A stretch of DNA of 64,000 nucleotides from an uncultured virus (IMG/VR IMGVR_UViG_3300017747_002313). Taxonomy: Duplodnaviria > Heunggongvirae > Uroviricota > Caudoviricetes > Crassvirales. The stretch is taken from the IMG/VR virus record IMGVR_UViG_3300017747_002313; one strand, written 5' to 3'. Positions 7,394 to 17,800 of the stretch are shown here, piece after piece. How positions within the stretch are numbered: the stretch's first letter is position 1; each line of letters begins with the position of its first letter. Both the position numbers and the translations under genes were made by a program. The notes below the pieces were generated by a model that saw only the letters and a program-made list of their open reading frames with translations, searched no databases and was not told the origin of the DNA.

Positions 7394-8141
7394 CATCGCA
7401 CCACTTTTCTTAGGCACGGATGGCCTAACAGAGGTACAGAGCAATAAGCTCGATGAACTGCTCAGTAAGATTAAGCTTACTGAGAAGCAGGCAGAGGAGA
7501 GAGATAAGCTGATCGCTAAGCGTGACGCAGATGTAGATCTTCCAGTAGGTGCTAAGAGTCTTATTGAGTCTTATGTTGACAGTGAGGTATACGACTACAA
7601 GGATACGTTTGATAGCAAGGAAGTAGCGAAGGGAAGAGATGTTGAGGACCAAGCTATCGAGCTGTATAACCGTGTGTTCTTCACTGATCATAAGAAGATG
7701 ACAGAGTTTGATGAGTACTACGAGCTGTCGCACAACAGTGTAGTTGGCCATCCAGATGTAGTTGACAAGGAGAACCTAATGGTTAAGGACGCGAAGAGTT
7801 CGTGGTCTAAGAAGACGTTCCCGAAGACTCCTGAGAAGGCTGACAACAGTACGTACACATGGCAGGTCAAGACTTACCTGTACATGCTACGTGGTATGAC
7901 TGGTATGGACTGGCGTAAAGGTGAGGTGTTCCATTCACTTGTAACTACTCCAGAGGAGTTGGTTCCAGAGTACGAGCACGACAGCTTACACTTCGCTGAT
8001 AACCTAGCCGACAACCTACGTGTGACTGTGTGTCCTGTGTACCTGTCAGATGATGACATCGTTCACATGAACAGAAGATTAAATGCGGCATTTAAGTATG
8101 CTCAAGAGTATAAGGATTATTTATTAAACAAAAACAAATGA
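7374..8141 (+). CDS. lambda-exonuclease/YqaJ-like PD-(D/E)XK nuclease
   Basis: G..VE..AI; GHPDVV...DAKSSWS; Y.WQ..Y. Confidence 0.75.
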   Translation: MRLRTYNIAPLFLGTDGLTEVQSNKLDELLSKIKLTEKQAEERDKLIAKRDADVDLPVGAKSLIESYVDSEVYDYKDTFDSKEVAKGRDVEDQAIELYNRVFFTDHKKMTEFDEYYELSHNSVVGHPDVVDKENLMVKDAKSSWSKKTFPKTPEKADNSTYTWQVKTYLYMLRGMTGMDWRKGEVFHSLVTTPEELVPEYEHDSLHFADNLADNLRVTVCPVYLSDDDIVHMNRRLNAAFKYAQEYKDYLLNKNK

Positions 8142-8533
8142 CAAATCAATTTCAGATGACTGGTGTCATCAAGTTTATCGGAGATACTGCACAGGTATCT
8201 GAGAAGTTCAAGAAGCGTGAATTCGTTGTAACAGAGCTAAGCGACAAGGACTCGAAGTATGATCAGCACATAGCGTTCCAACTTACTCAGGACAAGTGCG
8301 ACTTGATTAACTCATTCGGAACGGGGCAGTCAGTTAAGGTGTCGTTCAATCTAAGAGGACGTGAGTGGCTTTCTCCACAAGGAGAGACCAAGTACTTCAA
8401 CACATTGGAAGCATGGCGTGTAGAGGCAGATGTGATAAGCTCTCCTCAAGACTTAGGTACTTACGTACTTACTTCTGCACCTATTGAACCAGCTACATCC
8501 GCACCAGCAGATGACGAGGATCTTCCTTTCTAA
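8138..8533 (+). CDS. ssb: single-stranded DNA-binding protein (DUF3127 type)
   Basis: FKKREFVV...F.L.QDKC...V.FNLRGREW...YFN.L.AWR; acidic DDEDLPF tail. Confidence 0.85.
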   Translation: MTNQFQMTGVIKFIGDTAQVSEKFKKREFVVTELSDKDSKYDQHIAFQLTQDKCDLINSFGTGQSVKVSFNLRGREWLSPQGETKYFNTLEAWRVEADVISSPQDLGTYVLTSAPIEPATSAPADDEDLPF

Positions 8534-8554
8534 TTAGGTAACCATAAACGTAGA

Positions 8555-8584
8555 GCCCACAGATGTAATGTCTGTGGGTTTTTT
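8555..8584 (+). terminator. intrinsic terminator
   Basis: GCCCACAGAT/GTCTGTGGGT stem followed by T run. Confidence 0.75.
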
Positions 8585-8604
8585 AACCAATTAATTTTAA
8601 TCTC

Positions 8605-10992
8605 ATGATAACTCTATTCAGGAACATATCTGAAACTGATAGACCTTACTACATATCTGTTGACAAGGCTCTTGATCGTATACGCACTGGTAAGTCAAAG
8701 GAGTTGTGTGAGCAGATCAGGATGTACCCTGGGTCTGACAGTAAGCATAAGCGTAACGAGATCAAGAAGCATCTACCTGCAATATGTTTTAGTGGTAAGT
8801 TCACCAAGCGATCAAAGGCAGGGATAGTTGAGCACAGTGGGTTTATATGCATAGACTTCGATGGATTCATAGATGAGTGGTCAATGATAGACTACCGTGA
8901 CTTCTTAGTGAAGGACAAGTACTCTTACGCTGTGTTTACTTCTCCTAGTGGTGACGGACTAAAGGTGATTGTGAAGATACCGAAGGACATCGAAAGCCAT
9001 CAGAATTACTTTTTATCCCTAAAAAAATACTACAACGTCCCTGAGTTTGACAACAGCACTAAGGATATTAGCCGTGTATGCTACGAGTCATACGATCCAG
9101 AGCTATTTGTTAACGCAGATAGCGAGGAATTTAACCAAATAACTACCGAAGAACATACAGTATTTGACACCAAGACCTCACGTAATACCATTAAGCTAGA
9201 CAACACAAACGAGATAGTCAGAAGGCTACTCATATGGTGGGATCGTGACTTCGGAATGGTGCAAGGCCAGAAGAACAACAACTTGTTTATCCTAGCCTCA
9301 GCACTGAACGACTTTGGTATACCTGAGTCAGAGGCACAGACTGTTTTACTGAGCTACGATGAGGGAGACAAGGATCGTGAGATAATGAACATCGTTAGGT
9401 CTGCATACAAGAACACAGCTGCTCATGGGAGCAAGTTCTATGAGGACAACGAGAAGGTTGACAGTATTAAGACCCTAGCAAAGAAAGGTACACCAGTTAG
9501 TGAACTTGTGAGTATAAACAAGAACATAGCGTCTGATGTAGTTGAGGCTATAGCCTCAGATATTGAGACAGATGATCCCACAGTGTTCTGGACAAAGAGC
9601 AGTAAGGGTGCGATAACGCATATCAATCACCTGTACAAGGAATACCTTGAGTACCTTGGGTACGGTAAGTACTTTGTTGAGGGTGGAAGTGTGTTCGTAT
9701 TTGTGAAGGTCCGCAACAATATTGTGTCTGATGCGAACGATACGATGATCAAGGATCACGTAATCAATGACTACCTGTACAACCTTGAGGATAAGAGTAT
9801 ATACAACTACTTTGCTGACAAGAGTAAGCTGTTCAAGGAAGATCATCTATCGTTCTTAAATACAATCCATCCTAACATCATGAAGGATGACAAGGACGTA
9901 TCGTACTTGTACTACCGTAACTGTGTTGTGAAGGTAACAGCTGACAAGGTTGAGACTATAGACTACTCAGATATTGATGGGTACATATGGCAGAACCAGA
10001 TGATCAACAGAGACTACGTACAGTGCGAGTATAAGGACAGCATATACCGTAAGTTTGTACATAACATTGGAGGTCAAGAATCTGATCGAATCAACAGCAT
10101 TGAGTCCACAGCAGGATACCTGATGCATAGCTACAAGCCACCTTCGTTCTCGCCTGCTGTAATTATTAATGACGAGGTGATATCTGACAATCCATCTGGA
10201 GGTACTGGTAAGGGGTTGTATGTTCAAGGGATCAGCCACATGAAGCGCATGGTTATTATTGATGGTAAGGCTTTTTCGTTCACTAAGTCGTTCCCATACC
10301 AGCGTGTATCTGCTGATACTCAGCTACTTGTGTTCGATGACGTGAACAAGAACTTTGACTTCGAGAGACTGTTCTCAGTGATTACTGAGGGTATAACACT
10401 TGAGAAGAAGAACAAGGACGAGATCCACATACCGTTCGAGAGATCACCGAAGATAGTGATCACGACTAACTATGCGATCAAGGGTGACGGTAATTCGTTT
10501 GAGCGTCGTAAGTGGGAGCTAGAGTTCGCACAGTACTACAGCAAGGACTTTACGCCTGAGACAGAGTTCGGTCATCAGCTCTTCACTGAGTGGAGTAAAG
10601 AGGAGTGGGCTAAGTTTGACAACTACATGATCTCCAATCTACAGATGTACCTTAAGAAGGGCCTGCGGAAGGCGAAGTTTAAGAACCTACGTGAACGTAA
10701 GTTCATTGCTCAGACTGACTACAACTTCTACGACTGGTGTGCTGACAAGGACAACATGCTGACTAAGAGTCATGCAGAGAATCCTGGCAATGCGCTGTAT
10801 TACAGCTTCGTAGAGCAGAACCCTGACTACGGTCCACGAGGTAAGTTGGCTATTCCGCTGACTAAGTTCTACAAGTGGTTGGATCTATGGGGAGACTTTA
10901 AGTACAACTGTAAGCCTCACTCGTACAGATCAGCGGCAGGTAAGATGATTAGGTTTGATGTAAAGTATGATGAACAATCTAAAATGTTTTAG
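8605..10992 (+). CDS. primase-helicase (BT4734/VirE N-terminal domain, PriCT-like region, SF3-like helicase)
   Basis: LPAICFSG...HSGFICIDFD...SPSGDGLKV...KDISRVCYESYD; Walker A GGTGKG; Walker B LLVFDD; ITTN. Confidence 0.85.
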   Translation: MITLFRNISETDRPYYISVDKALDRIRTGKSKELCEQIRMYPGSDSKHKRNEIKKHLPAICFSGKFTKRSKAGIVEHSGFICIDFDGFIDEWSMIDYRDFLVKDKYSYAVFTSPSGDGLKVIVKIPKDIESHQNYFLSLKKYYNVPEFDNSTKDISRVCYESYDPELFVNADSEEFNQITTEEHTVFDTKTSRNTIKLDNTNEIVRRLLIWWDRDFGMVQGQKNNNLFILASALNDFGIPESEAQTVLLSYDEGDKDREIMNIVRSAYKNTAAHGSKFYEDNEKVDSIKTLAKKGTPVSELVSINKNIASDVVEAIASDIETDDPTVFWTKSSKGAITHINHLYKEYLEYLGYGKYFVEGGSVFVFVKVRNNIVSDANDTMIKDHVINDYLYNLEDKSIYNYFADKSKLFKEDHLSFLNTIHPNIMKDDKDVSYLYYRNCVVKVTADKVETIDYSDIDGYIWQNQMINRDYVQCEYKDSIYRKFVHNIGGQESDRINSIESTAGYLMHSYKPPSFSPAVIINDEVISDNPSGGTGKGLYVQGISHMKRMVIIDGKAFSFTKSFPYQRVSADTQLLVFDDVNKNFDFERLFSVITEGITLEKKNKDEIHIPFERSPKIVITTNYAIKGDGNSFERRKWELEFAQYYSKDFTPETEFGHQLFTEWSKEEWAKFDNYMISNLQMYLKKGLRKAKFKNLRERKFIAQTDYNFYDWCADKDNMLTKSHAENPGNALYYSFVEQNPDYGPRGKLAIPLTKFYKWLDLWGDFKYNCKPHSYRSAAGKMIRFDVKYDEQSKMF

Positions 10993-10994
10993 AT

Positions 10995-12239
10995 ATGAAA
11001 GAACTACGCAAATACCAATCATCTGGCGCACAGAAGGGTCTAGAGATACTAAACATGTACAAGATTCTGTACATGGCTTGGGGAGTGAGAACTGGAAAGT
11101 CAGCTACTTCTATGGAGGTAGCTAGGCTTTTCGGTGCAAAGAAGGTACTGTTCCTAACCAAGAAGAAGGCTATATCATCTATCCAGTCTGACTATAATGA
11201 CTTTGGTTTTAACAATTATTATGATATAACAATACTCAACAATGAGTCATTGCATAAGTTAGAGAACCCTAGTCAGTATGATCTAGTGATCATGGATGAG
11301 TCACATAGGCACGGATCGTTCCCTAAGCCATCGGCAGGAGCGAAGCTATTCAGACAGTTATTCAGCAGTAAGCCTATGATCTTCCTATCTGGAACTCCGT
11401 TCCCTGAGTCATTCTCTCAGGCCTATCATCAGCTGTGGGTGTCAGACTACTCCCCTTGGCGCAGGTACTCAACGTTCTATAAGTGGGCCAATGACTACGT
11501 CATAGCTTCACAGAAGAGGATCGGTGCGTTCATGTACAACGACTACTCTAAAGGAATAGAGAGTAAGATAATGGCTGACATATCACATCTGATGATCACG
11601 TATACACAACAGCAGGCAGGATTCTCATCCACCATTGATGAAGAGATCGTGCATGTGAATATGAAACCTCAGACGTATGCTATTATCAATCAGCTGTTCT
11701 CAGACAGAGTTGTAGAAGGAAAGGAAGAAGTGATACTCGCTGACACATCAGCTAAGCTTATGCAGAAAGTACACCAGCTATGCGGAGGAACGATTAAGTT
11801 TGAGTCAGGCGCATCGATGGTGCTTGATACTAGCAAGGTTGAGTATATCAGAGATAGGTTTAGTTCTGATAAGATAGGTATATTCTATGTGTTCAAGGAG
11901 GAGCTCGTTGCTCTTAAGTCTATATTCCTAGACGACTTGACTACAGATATTGATGAGTTCAACACTGGTAAGTTTAAGGCTATCGCCTTACAAACGGTTT
12001 CTGGGCGTGAGGGTATATCCTTAAAAAATGCAGACTACCTAGTGTTCTACAACATCATGCACAGTGCTGTGAGCTACTGGCAGGCGAGGGATCGTATGAC
12101 TACCATCGATAGACTTAACAACAAGGTGTTCTGGATCTTCTCGGAGAATGGTATAGAGGACAAGATATACAAGGTCGTTAAGTCCAAGAAGAAGTACACA
12201 CTGAACATATTTAAAAAAGACTACAAGGTTTGTGATTAA
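10995..12239 (+). CDS. superfamily 2 helicase
   Basis: LRKYQ, GVRTGKS, DESH, LSGTP, GREGISL, QARDR. Confidence 0.85.
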   Translation: MKELRKYQSSGAQKGLEILNMYKILYMAWGVRTGKSATSMEVARLFGAKKVLFLTKKKAISSIQSDYNDFGFNNYYDITILNNESLHKLENPSQYDLVIMDESHRHGSFPKPSAGAKLFRQLFSSKPMIFLSGTPFPESFSQAYHQLWVSDYSPWRRYSTFYKWANDYVIASQKRIGAFMYNDYSKGIESKIMADISHLMITYTQQQAGFSSTIDEEIVHVNMKPQTYAIINQLFSDRVVEGKEEVILADTSAKLMQKVHQLCGGTIKFESGASMVLDTSKVEYIRDRFSSDKIGIFYVFKEELVALKSIFLDDLTTDIDEFNTGKFKAIALQTVSGREGISLKNADYLVFYNIMHSAVSYWQARDRMTTIDRLNNKVFWIFSENGIEDKIYKVVKSKKKYTLNIFKKDYKVCD

Positions 12240-12265
12240 CTTATTATTGGTGTACATTTGCTCAA

Positions 12266-12523
12266 ATGCTTGAGTCAAAGATACAGTCCGCACTAATTAA
12301 AGACCTAGAGAGTAGAGGCTACTATGTCATAAAGCTATCGGTAACAAATAAGAACGGCATACCAGACATACTAGCCCTGCCTCCAGGGTGCAACGCTGAG
12401 TTCTACGAGGTAAAGCAGAAGGGTAAACAACCAAAGCCAATACAAAAATTTAGGATGAATGAAATTAAGAAAGGAGGATTTGGAAAGACGTTTGTCCATG
12501 ATGGAACAACAAGAGAAGCGTAG
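12266..12523 (+). CDS. VRR-NUC endonuclease (Holliday-junction resolvase-like)
   Basis: ESKIQ...GIPDIL...FYEVK..G...Q; TACATTTG promoter box at 12253-12260. Confidence 0.8.
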   Translation: MLESKIQSALIKDLESRGYYVIKLSVTNKNGIPDILALPPGCNAEFYEVKQKGKQPKPIQKFRMNEIKKGGFGKTFVHDGTTREA

Positions 12524-12794
12524 CTATTTAGCTTACATGGATTTCAAGGATGGTATGTTGATAAGTGATATATGTAGGAAACATGCATGCCACGTTGACT
12601 CAATATACCCACACTTCAAGAAGTTCATGGCTGCTGAGACTACGAGAATAATACTAACTGTTAGCGGACATAAGTCAGAGCCATACTACAAGGAGGAGTC
12701 TGAGATGCTTGCCGATAGGGTTTATAATTACGAAGATTTAAGTGATAAAGAAAGATGGTTCTATGAGTGCAGACAGCCACTACAACAACAGTAA
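12498..12794 (+). CDS. hypothetical protein, possible HTH
   Basis: ORF track, internal ATG. Confidence 0.5.
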   Translation: MMEQQEKRSYLAYMDFKDGMLISDICRKHACHVDSIYPHFKKFMAAETTRIILTVSGHKSEPYYKEESEMLADRVYNYEDLSDKERWFYECRQPLQQQ

Positions 12795-12966
12795 CGGAAG
12801 CCTTTACAAGTTTGCTGAAGATCATGGGTTAAACGCCTACGAGTTTGATATATGCAAACGTATTGTAAGATGCCGAAAGAAAGGTCAGTTTATTGAAGAC
12901 CTAGAGAAGACAAAGAGAGTAATTGATTTATATTTAAAAGAGCACAATGACAGAGGAAGGAATTAA
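12763..12966 (+). CDS. DUF3310-like phage protein
   Basis: SHY...K.I.R..KKG...EDLEK....IDLYL. Confidence 0.6.
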   Translation: MSADSHYNNSNGSLYKFAEDHGLNAYEFDICKRIVRCRKKGQFIEDLEKTKRVIDLYLKEHNDRGRN

Positions 12967-13258
12967 GCTAACAATGATAACAGCAGTTGGTCCAGTACTA
13001 GCTGACTTTATCGATGATCTTATTGAAGAAGGTCTATTCAAGAACCACATCAAGTATAAGTTCCAGAACACTGCGGCACAGATCCGTAGCATTGATGAGT
13101 ACTTTATGAAGGACGCAACGATTGAGGAGGGAGAGCAGCAGATCGCTCTACAGAGATTTTTTAGACAATGGGTAAATCACATACATGAGCAAAGCACTGT
13201 ACATAACGGACATAGTGATAACAGCCAGGAGGAAGAGGGAGGTACTGAAAATACATAA
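12947..13258 (+). CDS. hypothetical phage protein
   Basis: ORF track. Confidence 0.55.
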   Translation: MTEEGIKLTMITAVGPVLADFIDDLIEEGLFKNHIKYKFQNTAAQIRSIDEYFMKDATIEEGEQQIALQRFFRQWVNHIHEQSTVHNGHSDNSQEEEGGTENT

Positions 13259-13430
13259 GATCCTTCACCCTGTTATACTTACAGATGATGGCCGCATACC
13301 ACCAGAGGATCTAAACCAACAACTACGCATGATGGTTAAGGATAGAGTGAAGAAGTTTGATGAGTGGACTTACTCTTACGAAGTGCTTCGATATGTCTTC
13401 AGCAGTAAGTTATACGGAGATCGCTTGTAA
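13185..13430 (+). CDS. hypothetical phage protein
   Basis: ORF track. Confidence 0.5.
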   Translation: MSKALYITDIVITARRKREVLKIHKILHPVILTDDGRIPPEDLNQQLRMMVKDRVKKFDEWTYSYEVLRYVFSSKLYGDRL

Positions 13431-13459
13431 ACTAAAAAATAAAGACATACATTTGCGAA

Positions 13460-13630
13460 ATGGATGTCAGACTAGTAACCTACGTCAACTCAGTTATGGA
13501 CGAGTTCAACGAACTCGGTTCAGACCTTTACGAGTCTATGATAGATATGGACAGAGAGGTAGTTAAAGACACAGCTATCAAGCTTAAGAAACTACTGAGC
13601 GACATACAACGATCCTACCATGAAGAATGA
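13460..13630 (+). CDS. small hypothetical protein (56 aa, MDVRLVTYVNSV...)
   Basis: Not in the track; TACATTTG promoter box at 13448-13455 just upstream. Confidence 0.6.
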   Translation: MDVRLVTYVNSVMDEFNELGSDLYESMIDMDREVVKDTAIKLKKLLSDIQRSYHEE

Positions 13631-14738
13631 AATAGAAAAAGCTATAGAGATATACCTATCGAAAAAAATCTCTAAGACAAATACAGCTAAAGAAGTAGCT
13701 AAAGAGTTAGGCATACCATACGACAATGTATTTAGAAGAAGAATAGCTCGTAAGCTAGAGGTAGTTGACAATAGCGAGTTCAAGGATGAGTGTGAGAAGG
13801 TTGGTATAGATCCATCAAACGTTAAGCACTACTGGTACAAAGGCAAGCACTTCTCAATCAACGTAAAGGGTGAAAGCAATGAGTTTAAGTATGAGGACTT
13901 TAAGGAAGACCTTATTGCAGAGATATCTAAGTGGAGTCCGAAGTATTCGAAGATTAAGAGGAGTCATAGTGGTGAAGGTCACTGCATGGTGTTTAGTCCT
14001 GCTGATATTCACATTGGTAAGCTTGCTTCTTCCTTTGAGACTGGTGAGTCGTATGATCAACAGACTGCTGTAAAGAGGGTCAGAGAGGGCCTACATGGTA
14101 TTATCAGTAAGTCATCTGGGTTCTGTATCGATAAGGTGATATTCATCGCAGGAAACGACATCCTACATACTGATACACCTAAAAGAACAACTACAGCTGG
14201 TACACCTCAAGATACTGACGGTATGTGGTACGACAACTTCATTACTGCAAAGAAGCTACTAGTCGAAATAATCGAAACGCTTGTTGAGATTGCTGACGTT
14301 GAGGTGCACTACAATCCATCTAACCACGACTACATGAGTGGCTTCATGCTGCTAGACTCTATATCGTCTTGGTTTAGGAACCATCCGCAGGTTACATTCA
14401 ACAGCGATATGTCGCACCGTAAGTACACTGTCTATGGAGGCAACCTTATAGGAATGACTCACATGGATGGAGCTAAGCCTCAAGACCTACCACTACTTAT
14501 GGCACACGAGGCTCCAAGTCAGTGGGCTGATTGTAAGCATAGGTACATCTACGGTCATCACGTACACCATAAGACCTCTAAGGACTATATGTCTGTATGT
14601 GTAGAGACGCTTCGTTCGCCATCTGGTACAGATAGCTGGCACCATAGAAATGGTTACCAGCATGCACCGAAGGCTGTAGAGGCATTTATACATCACAAAG
14701 ATCATGGCCAGGTTGCCAGGCTAACACACCTGTTCTGA
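13620..14738 (+). CDS. calcineurin-like metallophosphoesterase with N-terminal HTH
   Basis: DIHIG, GND..H, SNHD, TH.D, GHHVHH motifs. Confidence 0.85.
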   Translation: MKNEIEKAIEIYLSKKISKTNTAKEVAKELGIPYDNVFRRRIARKLEVVDNSEFKDECEKVGIDPSNVKHYWYKGKHFSINVKGESNEFKYEDFKEDLIAEISKWSPKYSKIKRSHSGEGHCMVFSPADIHIGKLASSFETGESYDQQTAVKRVREGLHGIISKSSGFCIDKVIFIAGNDILHTDTPKRTTTAGTPQDTDGMWYDNFITAKKLLVEIIETLVEIADVEVHYNPSNHDYMSGFMLLDSISSWFRNHPQVTFNSDMSHRKYTVYGGNLIGMTHMDGAKPQDLPLLMAHEAPSQWADCKHRYIYGHHVHHKTSKDYMSVCVETLRSPSGTDSWHHRNGYQHAPKAVEAFIHHKDHGQVARLTHLF

Positions 14739-14899
14739 TGGTAACCGTTGAAGAAATGAAGAGAGTAGTAGAGGACTACATCTACAAAAGGAAAGGTGTG
14801 CGTGTTCATATTGAACTACGCTACCACCCTTTCTTAATTCAGTCAGATATCGACAAGCTACACTACTGCTACAATGTAGCGTTAGATTATAAGGGGTGA
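14738..14899 (+). CDS. small hypothetical protein (53 aa)
   Basis: TGATG overlap with the previous stop; ends abutting the convergent gene. Confidence 0.55.
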   Translation: MVTVEEMKRVVEDYIYKRKGVRVHIELRYHPFLIQSDIDKLHYCYNVALDYKG

Positions 14900-17800
14900 T
14901 TACTTATATATCTTTTCTGCCTTCATTCCTTTCTGTAGTTTCTTCAAGTCTTCAATGTATACGTTTCCTTGAACTTCTCTTAGTTTATTATACTCTGCCG
15001 ACTGTTCTTTAGTAAGGCCTCCATTCTCCTCAACCCATCTGATTTCATTCATAACTTTGTCAATCTTCATCTTTCTTTTAAGTAAGTCCTTCTTGTATCC
15101 GTCAACGTCTCCGAACTCTTTCTTAATTTCTTTGTAGTCTTCAAATTGCTCTTGAGATATTGCGTTTTTCTGAACATACTTCTTCATAGATGTAGCTACA
15201 GAGTTAAACTCTCTTGATAGAAGACCTAAGTTATATAGCGCACTAAATGTAGTAGCAATACCCATAGCTGTCTTATCTTCAGGTAGTATTACTTTTTCTA
15301 CTTTATTTCCTTTAAACTCTTTCTCAAACTTACCAGTAGTAGTCATCGCTATCATGTCATAAAGTTCTTTTGCTTTATCAATTGCAATAGTAGCCGTTCC
15401 AAGATCAATCCATTGTTTAGTTCCGTATTCTTCGAATACCATCTTTTGTGAATCCACAAACTCTTTAATGAATTTTTCTTTTTCTTTTTCAGTCATTGGA
15501 TCTTCACCTCTGTTTTCTAGATATAAATTTCTTTCCTCAACAGCTTGGTTTATATCTTCTTGACTTGCAGTTTTTTCTTGCACAAAGTCAGCAATCGCAT
15601 TGAAACCTTGAATAGTCAATCCGTCTGTCACAGGAAGAGGTGAGAATACATCTTTTACTAAGTTCTGTAATACAAACTTCTTTCTGTTTCTCTTGTTCTT
15701 TTCTTTTTCTTCTTCATCCTCTTCGTAACCAGTAAGCGATGCAGCTATAGCATCGTAAACATAAAGTTTAAGCGAATAAGCTATTACATTATAAGCTGTT
15801 ATTTCAGCAGCTAGACCTGATAATGATCTCCACGCCTTTCTTATATCTTCTTTAGTTGATAATTCTGTGTTTCTAACTGTTCTAAGATCAGATTGAAGCC
15901 TTGTTTTTTGGTTCATAATAAAGTTAGCAAACGGTAAAACAACCTTTCTAACTATCTTTTTAATAGGCTGAGGTGAGTTCATAAAGTCACCCATCATTGC
16001 AGCATCAGAAACGTTTTGCTGTCTTGCTACCATATGCTCAGCATAATCAGCAGCTTCTTTATTTAACTCATGCGTTTTCCAGTCTATATTTCCATTGTAA
16101 AGTTTTTGCTCTTTAAGTGATTGCGTATAGTAAGATTTCCATGCATTACGAGCGATCCAAACATCAGGTTGAGACAAAAACTTCTTTAACCAAAATTCAT
16201 TTATTTTTCTAGCATATTCTAATGCAACCTTTCCTTTTGTATTTGGAGCTTTATCTAGGTATTTATTTGCACTTTCAATAGCTGTAGATGCATCCATACC
16301 TCTATTTGCTATTGCATATCCACTATTGTTAAGCCATGAATGGAAATCAGTATCACTTACCATTCCAGCAAAATCAATATTTCCTACGCCAGCGTTAATC
16401 ATTGTACTTATAAATACAGGAACCGTCTGTAAGGCGGCCTGTGATGGTCCACCTAATGCTCTTGTTGCACCTACTGATGCAGATATATCTAAAAATTTAT
16501 CAAGATCCCCAAGGGTTGCATCAGAGAATGACATCTTATTCTTATATCTAAGAATGTAGTTCTCTACTCTTCTCTTAAGTAACTTAGCGTCCTTCTCTTC
16601 TTGGAACAACTTCTCGTATGACCGTGAGTTTAAGAATGCATCAACACGTCTAATTGCAGACGCTGTATTTACATCTATCAATGCAGACTTAAGTGAGCCT
16701 GCGTTACTCATATCAAAGTCTAGGTTAACAAATCTTGTAGTTGACTTCTTACCTGTGTCTAATGATCTGAAATCTTTGTTTGATTCCATCAATACACCTG
16801 CCTTGTCTTTGTAAGAAACTAGCCCAAGATCAAGTGCGAAAGCCCCAACTTTACCAGTAGCCTCGTCAACAAGTTCTCTTTCTCCGTCAACTCTTGATAA
16901 CCTGTCTGTTGTATAGTTTATATCCTTTCCTAGTTTAGTGTTGTACACAGACAAACTGACATCGTATAACTCAGGGTAGTGCTTAGACCATTGGTCTATC
17001 CACCAATTCACAGCATCAGCATTAATACTGTCAGTACTAGCCTCTATTTGTTCAATCGTAACATCTCCATCAGATAAACCTAGTTTGTCAAATACCTCTT
17101 GATATAGCTCAGCCATTTTTAGTTGATCGTTATTACCGTACTCATTAAGAGTATTGATGCTTTCTTTAATTAAACCTATCCTTCTTTTTAGCTCTGCTTT
17201 CTGTGCTCTTTCATTACCAAGTACAGTTCTTTTTAAGTAGGCCAACATACCACGCTCATATGCGTTGTATGATGTGTTGAACGCCTGATCGTTAGGTCTT
17301 TTCTTAGCAAATGTCTCACCGTATTCATTGATAGCCTTGTTGTATATATTTATTGCTTTAGCAGTTCCATTTGACAACAAATCAAATCCCATCTTCTTCA
17401 TTATAGACATTCCAGACTTAACACCTAAAAACATAGAGTCAAAAAGTACTGGCAACGTAGCGAAGTTCTCGTACCATGCACGCCCAACTACTGGACTAAA
17501 GTATAATCTAAGCTTTTTAGCTTTAATACCTTCAGCTCTAGCTTCTTTTGCTGCAACATCACCTTCGTATGTACTTATAGCTCCATCAAGCCCGTCTGTT
17601 ATGCCGTTTACTATGAAGTTGTCCATAGACTCTACGATAGTGTAGGCATTCTTTACAGACATTGCATCAAGCTTGACATTCATAAGTCTCTTAAGGACTT
17701 CTCTATCTTTCTCACTTACCTCTACTTCTTCACCTGTAAATGGATCTACTTTAGTCTTAAGCATATCCTTTATTATAGTCGAGTATCTGTCAAATCTAGT

